DNA of 64,000 nt. It comes from Octopus vulgaris (taxonomy: Eukaryota). Of this stretch, positions 58,938 to 64,000 are shown in pieces (the stretch's first letter is position 1; each line of letters opens with the position of its first letter). The DNA is taken from positions 33,542,001-33,606,000 of the forward strand of contig OX597827.1 in NCBI GenBank assembly GCA_951406725.2. Reading direction: 5' to 3'. Under the pieces are notes generated by a model, which made no database searches, was not told the DNA's origin, and saw only the letters and a program-made list of their open reading frames with translations. The translations under genes and the position numbers were made by a program.

Positions 58938-59955
58938 TGAGGGTGGGCTGAAAACTTAATAGGTTGACAATGAAGGAGTGATGCTAGAGCTGTGAAATCT
59001 TGCATGCATCAATTTTAACTCTTCTTATTGATAACTGCTTTGTTTCTTTCCTGGTAAGCTGACATTTGACTGTTCAACGAAAACTTCAAAAATAGTAACT
59101 TATCTTGAAAATTTGGCAGTAAGATGTTATCAAATATCTGCAGAAAGCCCCCACATTAGAGGATTATGCTCCAGCTTTATCATTAGTGCAAATCTGGGCA
59201 GCTGGTTTAGGAGGGTAAGGGAGAGTCTTGAAGATGACCTAAGGTCTGAATGTCCTGCAACTACAACCATTGAGGAGAACATTGATTGTGTTCACTGCAT
59301 GGTGATGGATGACAGGTGATTGACTTCAAATCAAATAGTCAATGCTACTAGCATATCTCATGAGATAGTTGAGAATATTTTGCACAAGGAACTTAGCATG
59401 ATGAAGGTTTCTACTCGGTGGGTGCCGCGTCGTCTGACACTTGATCAAAACTGCACTGGGCTGATCACATCACTGAAAAATCTGACATTATTTGAAATAG
59501 ACCCAGCTGAGTGCTGGATTCATGATTATGAGCCAGTGACAAAAAGATAATTCATGCAGTAGAAACATCCCTCCTTACCTACCCCAAAAGGGTCTTGTTT
59601 CATCAGGAGAATGCTCCAGCACACAAATCCTTGGTTTCACTGGCTACTGTGCATGACTAGCTTTGAATCTGTTTACCTCCCTCCCTGTTCTCCTGATTTG
59701 GCCCTGTTTGACTCTCATCTATTCCCCAACATGAAAATACGCTTGGCTGGGAAGCAGTATTGTAGTGATGATGACATCATATTTGCTATTGATAACTTTT
59801 TTTACCAACAGCTTCTTCACCAATGGTATCCAAGCACTGCACCACTGATGGAAGAAGTGTATTGGCTGCATTGCTATCTTGGAAAATAAAACCTCATTTG
59901 ATTACATTCCATGAGAGTATCTTGAGTAGCTTATGAACTTTTTAACCAACCCTCA
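58938..59955 (+). mobile_element. Degenerate, internally deleted mariner transposon
   Basis: TIRs TGAGGGTGGGCTGAAAA / TTTTTAACCAACCCTCA|TA; RWVPRRL, WIHDYEP, PPCSPDLA, HLFPNMK motifs. Confidence 0.9.
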
Positions 59956-60093
59956 TACATATTCAGTCTAATGAACAGGAATTTGAAATTCGAATAACTT
60001 GATACTGAGATGCTACCATAAATAACCATAAATAACTCTCAACATCTCACCTGTACCTACATACACTGTGTATGAAATGCATACACTGTATAT

Positions 60094-60471
60094 TCTCTTT
60101 TACTTGTTTCAGTCATTTGACTGGAGCTCCGTCTTTAGTCGAGCAAATAGACCCCAGGACTTATTCTTTGTAAGCCTAGTTCTTATTATATCAGTCTCTT
60201 TTGCCGAACCGCTAAGTTACGGGGACGTAAACACACTAGCATCGGTTGTCAAGCGATGTTGGGGGGACAAACACACACACACACACATATATATATATAC
60301 ATATATACGACGGGCTTCTTTCAGTTTCCGTCTACCAAATCCACTCACAAGGCTTTGGTTGGCCCGAGGCTATAGTAGAAGACACTTGCTCAAGGTGCCA
60401 CGCAGTGGGACTGAACCCGGAACTATGTGGTTCGTAAGCAAGCTACTTACCACAAAGCCACTCCTACACCT
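60094..60471 (-). mobile_element. SINE family A
   Basis: Near full-length; further minus copies near 57575, 58195, 61135, 61803, 62975. Confidence 0.9.
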
Positions 60472-60629
60472 ACATATACACTATATATGTATATATACAT
60501 ATATAGCATCATTTAATGTCCACTTTTCCATGCATGAATCAGATTGGATTTGTTGAAGCAGATCTTTTATGGCTGGATGCCCTTCCTGTTGCCAAATTTC
60601 ACCAGTTTACAAACAAGATAATATTTCTC

Positions 60630-61037
60630 AGATCTTTTCAATTTGAACGGCAGTTTTTAACATAATTTCTAGGTAACTAAAAAATTAAAAACTTCGTATA
60701 CTGGTAGAATGTGTTTATAAAACATCTTTTTCTCTTGGCTTTATTGAGAAAATTCTATAGTTTGTAAGATATTTGTTGTTTTTTTCTTCAATTTCTGCAA
60801 TTTCAACCAATCAGTGACATCTATTGAGGTAAAAAACATTCTGTGCCGTATGAATATGTCCCTCGTTTAAGAAACAGATTGGGTTTATTTACATTTGTGA
60901 AGAAAAAAAATACTCTTCCCCCATCCCTAACCCTAAAACAGATTGAAATGTGATAGATCGATACTAGGGTCATAATTATGGCTGACAATTTCATATGACA
61001 CCGCTGGAAAAAACTGCCATTCAAACTGAAAAGATCC
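60630..61037. mobile_element. MITE with about 28-bp TIRs and 8-bp TSD (Merlin-like)
   Basis: TATTTCTC|AGATCTTTTCAATTTGAACGGCAGTTTT ... AAAACTGCCATTCAAACTGAAAAGATCC|TATTTCTC. Confidence 0.85.
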
Positions 61038-61302
61038 TATTTCTCTATGGAAGAATGATAATGAGCAACTTTGCTTGTATGATAGTGATACATTGATGTT
61101 AAAATGAGTGCACACACATGCTCACGCACACATATGATGAGCTTTTTTTACTTTCTGTCTACAAAATCCACTCACAAGGTTTTGGTCATCTTCAGGCTTA
61201 TTGTAGAAGACACTTATCCAAGCTGCTGCCCGGTGGTACTGAACTCAAGATTATTTGATTGGGAAGTAAGCTTCTTAATCACACAGCTACATCTGAGCCT
61301 AC

Positions 61303-61343
<41 letters not shown>

Positions 61344-61713
61344 ATAGTGTATGTTACATGAGCTTTAGTGTGCCTAAATGTGTTTTTGTAAGGTCAGGAC
61401 TGAGGAAAACGGAGTCAGTGCAGTCTTAGTTGCCAACAGTTCATACCAAAGAATTTCCCAGTAAAATGGCTAAAAATAGCATAAACAGAGTATTTTTGTG
61501 GTATGCACTGATATGACCTGCAGCATTTAGCGGAAAGGTGTCTGGCTGTGAAGGAATCACATCTTGGAAATTGTTTTTTGGATATTCAATTCAGAAATTT
61601 TTGTAACACAAGGTTTCCAAAGTACAACCGTCAGTTCTTTACCAAATTCAATGTTGACTTTTAAAAGATAATCTTTCCATCATTCTATCTTTCTGTCTGT
61701 CTGTCTTTCTCTC

Positions 61714-61775
<62 letters not shown>

Positions 61776-62246
61776 TACATGTGGGGGTGTGTGTATATTT
61801 ATCTTTTACTTTTTTCAGTCATGAAACTTTGCCCATGCTGGGGCAGTGCCTTAAAGAATCTTAGTCAAACGAATTGACTCCTGTATTTTTCTTTTAAGCC
61901 TGGTACTTACTCTGTTGGGCTCATTTGCTGAACTGCTAAGTTCAAGGATGTAAACCCATCAACAATAGTTGTCAGGTGGTAATGGTTGCGTACAAACACA
62001 GACGCAAAGGCACACACACAGACATGATAGGTTTCTATCAGTTTCCATCTACAAAATCCACTTGCTCAATCTATGACTGTAGTAGAAGACATTTTACCTG
62101 AAGTGCCACACAGTGAGACTGAACTCAAAACTGTGTGGTTGGGAAGCAAACATCTGACCACACACCCACACCTGTGCCTATATGTGTATATATATATCAT
62201 CATCATCATCATTGTTTAACGTCCGTTTTCCATGCTAGCAGAGGTT

Positions 62247-62434
62247 ACTCTTTTACTTGTTTCAGTCATTTGACTGTGGCCATGCTAGAGCACTGCCTTT
62301 AGTCGAGCAAATCGACCCCGGGACTTATTCTTTGTAAGCCCAGTATTTATTCTATCGGTCTCTTTTGCCGAACCGCTAAGTGACGGGGACGTAAACACAC
62401 CAGCATCGATTGTCAAGCAATGCTAGGGGGACAA

Positions 62435-62505
<71 letters not shown>

Positions 62506-62692
62506 TACATATATATATATACACACACATATATACGACAGGCTTCTTTCAGTTTCCGTCTACCAAATCCACTCACAAGGCTTTGGTCAGCCCGGGGCTA
62601 TAGCAGAAGACACTTGCCCAAGATGCCACGCAGTGGGACTGAACCCAGAACCATGTGGTTGGTTAGCAAGCTACTTACCACACAGCCACTCC
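62247..62692 (-). mobile_element. SINE family A, near full-length copy
   Basis: A/B boxes, internal (CA)n, CR1-like tail. Confidence 0.92.
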
Positions 62693-64000
62693 GGGTTATA
62701 TATATATTTATTTATTTGTTCTAAATTTGAAGCTGGATTTAATGCTCAGTTTGATGACTAAAAAAAAATTGAAATTCTGGGTCACAGTAGTGAGAAACTT
62801 CTGTTTGGGATGAATATATAAATTTATGTATGGAGTACTTTTGCCTCATGTTTGTTAATTCATATATCTGTACATACACAGACATTATTTTTATTTCCTT
62901 CATTTCTTCTATACATTAGTAGTAGTACAAACGCCATAACACTACATCAACATTGGTTACTCTTCTTTTAACTTCTTTTACTTGTTTTCAGTCATTGCAT
63001 TGCGGTCATGCTGGGGCACCATAGTGAAAAGATTAGTCAAACAAATTGAGCTCAGTACTTATTTTCTAGATCTGGTACTTATTCCCTTGGTCTCTTTTGC
63101 TAAACCACTAATGTTACAAGGACATAAACCAACCCCAGTTGTGAAGTGGTGGGAAGGGACAAACATAAAATCACACTCACATATACAACAAGCTTCCACA
63201 CTGTTTCCATTTACCAAATTCACACATTAGGCAATGACCAGCTTGGAGTTTTAGTAGAAGACACTTCCCTACAGTGCTGTGCAGGGGATTGAACCCAAAA
63301 CCATGTGATAGCAAAGTGAGTTTCTTGATTACACAAATTGTGATGGAAACCATTTTATTATGGAAAACATTAGTGGTTATTTAAAGTTTTAATTTTCACT
63401 TTCTTTGTTTTACATTTTGAAAATTCAAATTGATCAAACTGTAATACTGGTTTCACATACTGAAATTTTAAGTATAATTGTAACGGAATTGAAAAATAAA
63501 CTCAAATGAGACTAAAATTTCTTAAGTCTGAAATTTGATCAATGTAATTATTTAATAATTCTGAGTTAGAAAAACAAAACTTAAAACAAAATTAGTTTTA
63601 GTTACTTCTTCTCTCATTCACACATTTTTGCTTTATGAAAATTTCTCTCTTATTTATTTATTTTTTCATCAAGCTGACATTTCATATAGAAAAACCTGTA
63701 AAAACTTGAAAAGTAGACCAAGAAACTTGCAGTCGACAAACACATTTCTTAATTTGTGATACATATTTATTGTCAGTATATAGTGAAAACAATAGTCTAC
63801 GGTTTTGGCTATATATATATATATATATATTGTTTGCACACACACATCATTTTAGTTTTGACTGGGATTTCAAGTTACACTTCTTATTTCTTTATTGCCC
63901 ACAAGGGGCTAAACATAAAGGGGACAAACAAGGACATACAAAGGGATTAAGTCAATTACATCGACCCCAGTGCGCAACTGGTACTTAATTTATCAACCCT

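Overview
AT-rich, repeat-dense animal genomic DNA. The SINE/LINE repertoire, kilobase (TA)n arrays and a C2H2 zinc-finger gene suggest an octopod cephalopod (inference, no database check). Nearly all long ORFs in the supplied track are microsatellite artefacts. The only convincing host coding sequence is a + strand C2H2 zinc-finger exon (48703-49311) whose fifth finger is split by an intron; I could not identify the next coding exon in the window. The rest is mostly transposon debris: CR1 and RTE LINE fragments, a Penelope-like element (PLE) with a GIY-YIG domain, three Helitrons, mariner/Tc1, hAT, a Merlin-like MITE and several tRNA-derived SINE families. Most interesting: (1) at least six unrelated short elements carry minimal type-I hammerhead ribozyme motifs, including a G3-C8 covariant core and one fused behind a tRNA-type Pol III promoter; (2) a 771-bp near-perfect palindrome at 43132-43902; (3) a candidate triple-stop poison exon bracketed by inverted repeats in the zinc-finger intron. 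Coordinates were counted by hand and repeat boundaries are approximate.
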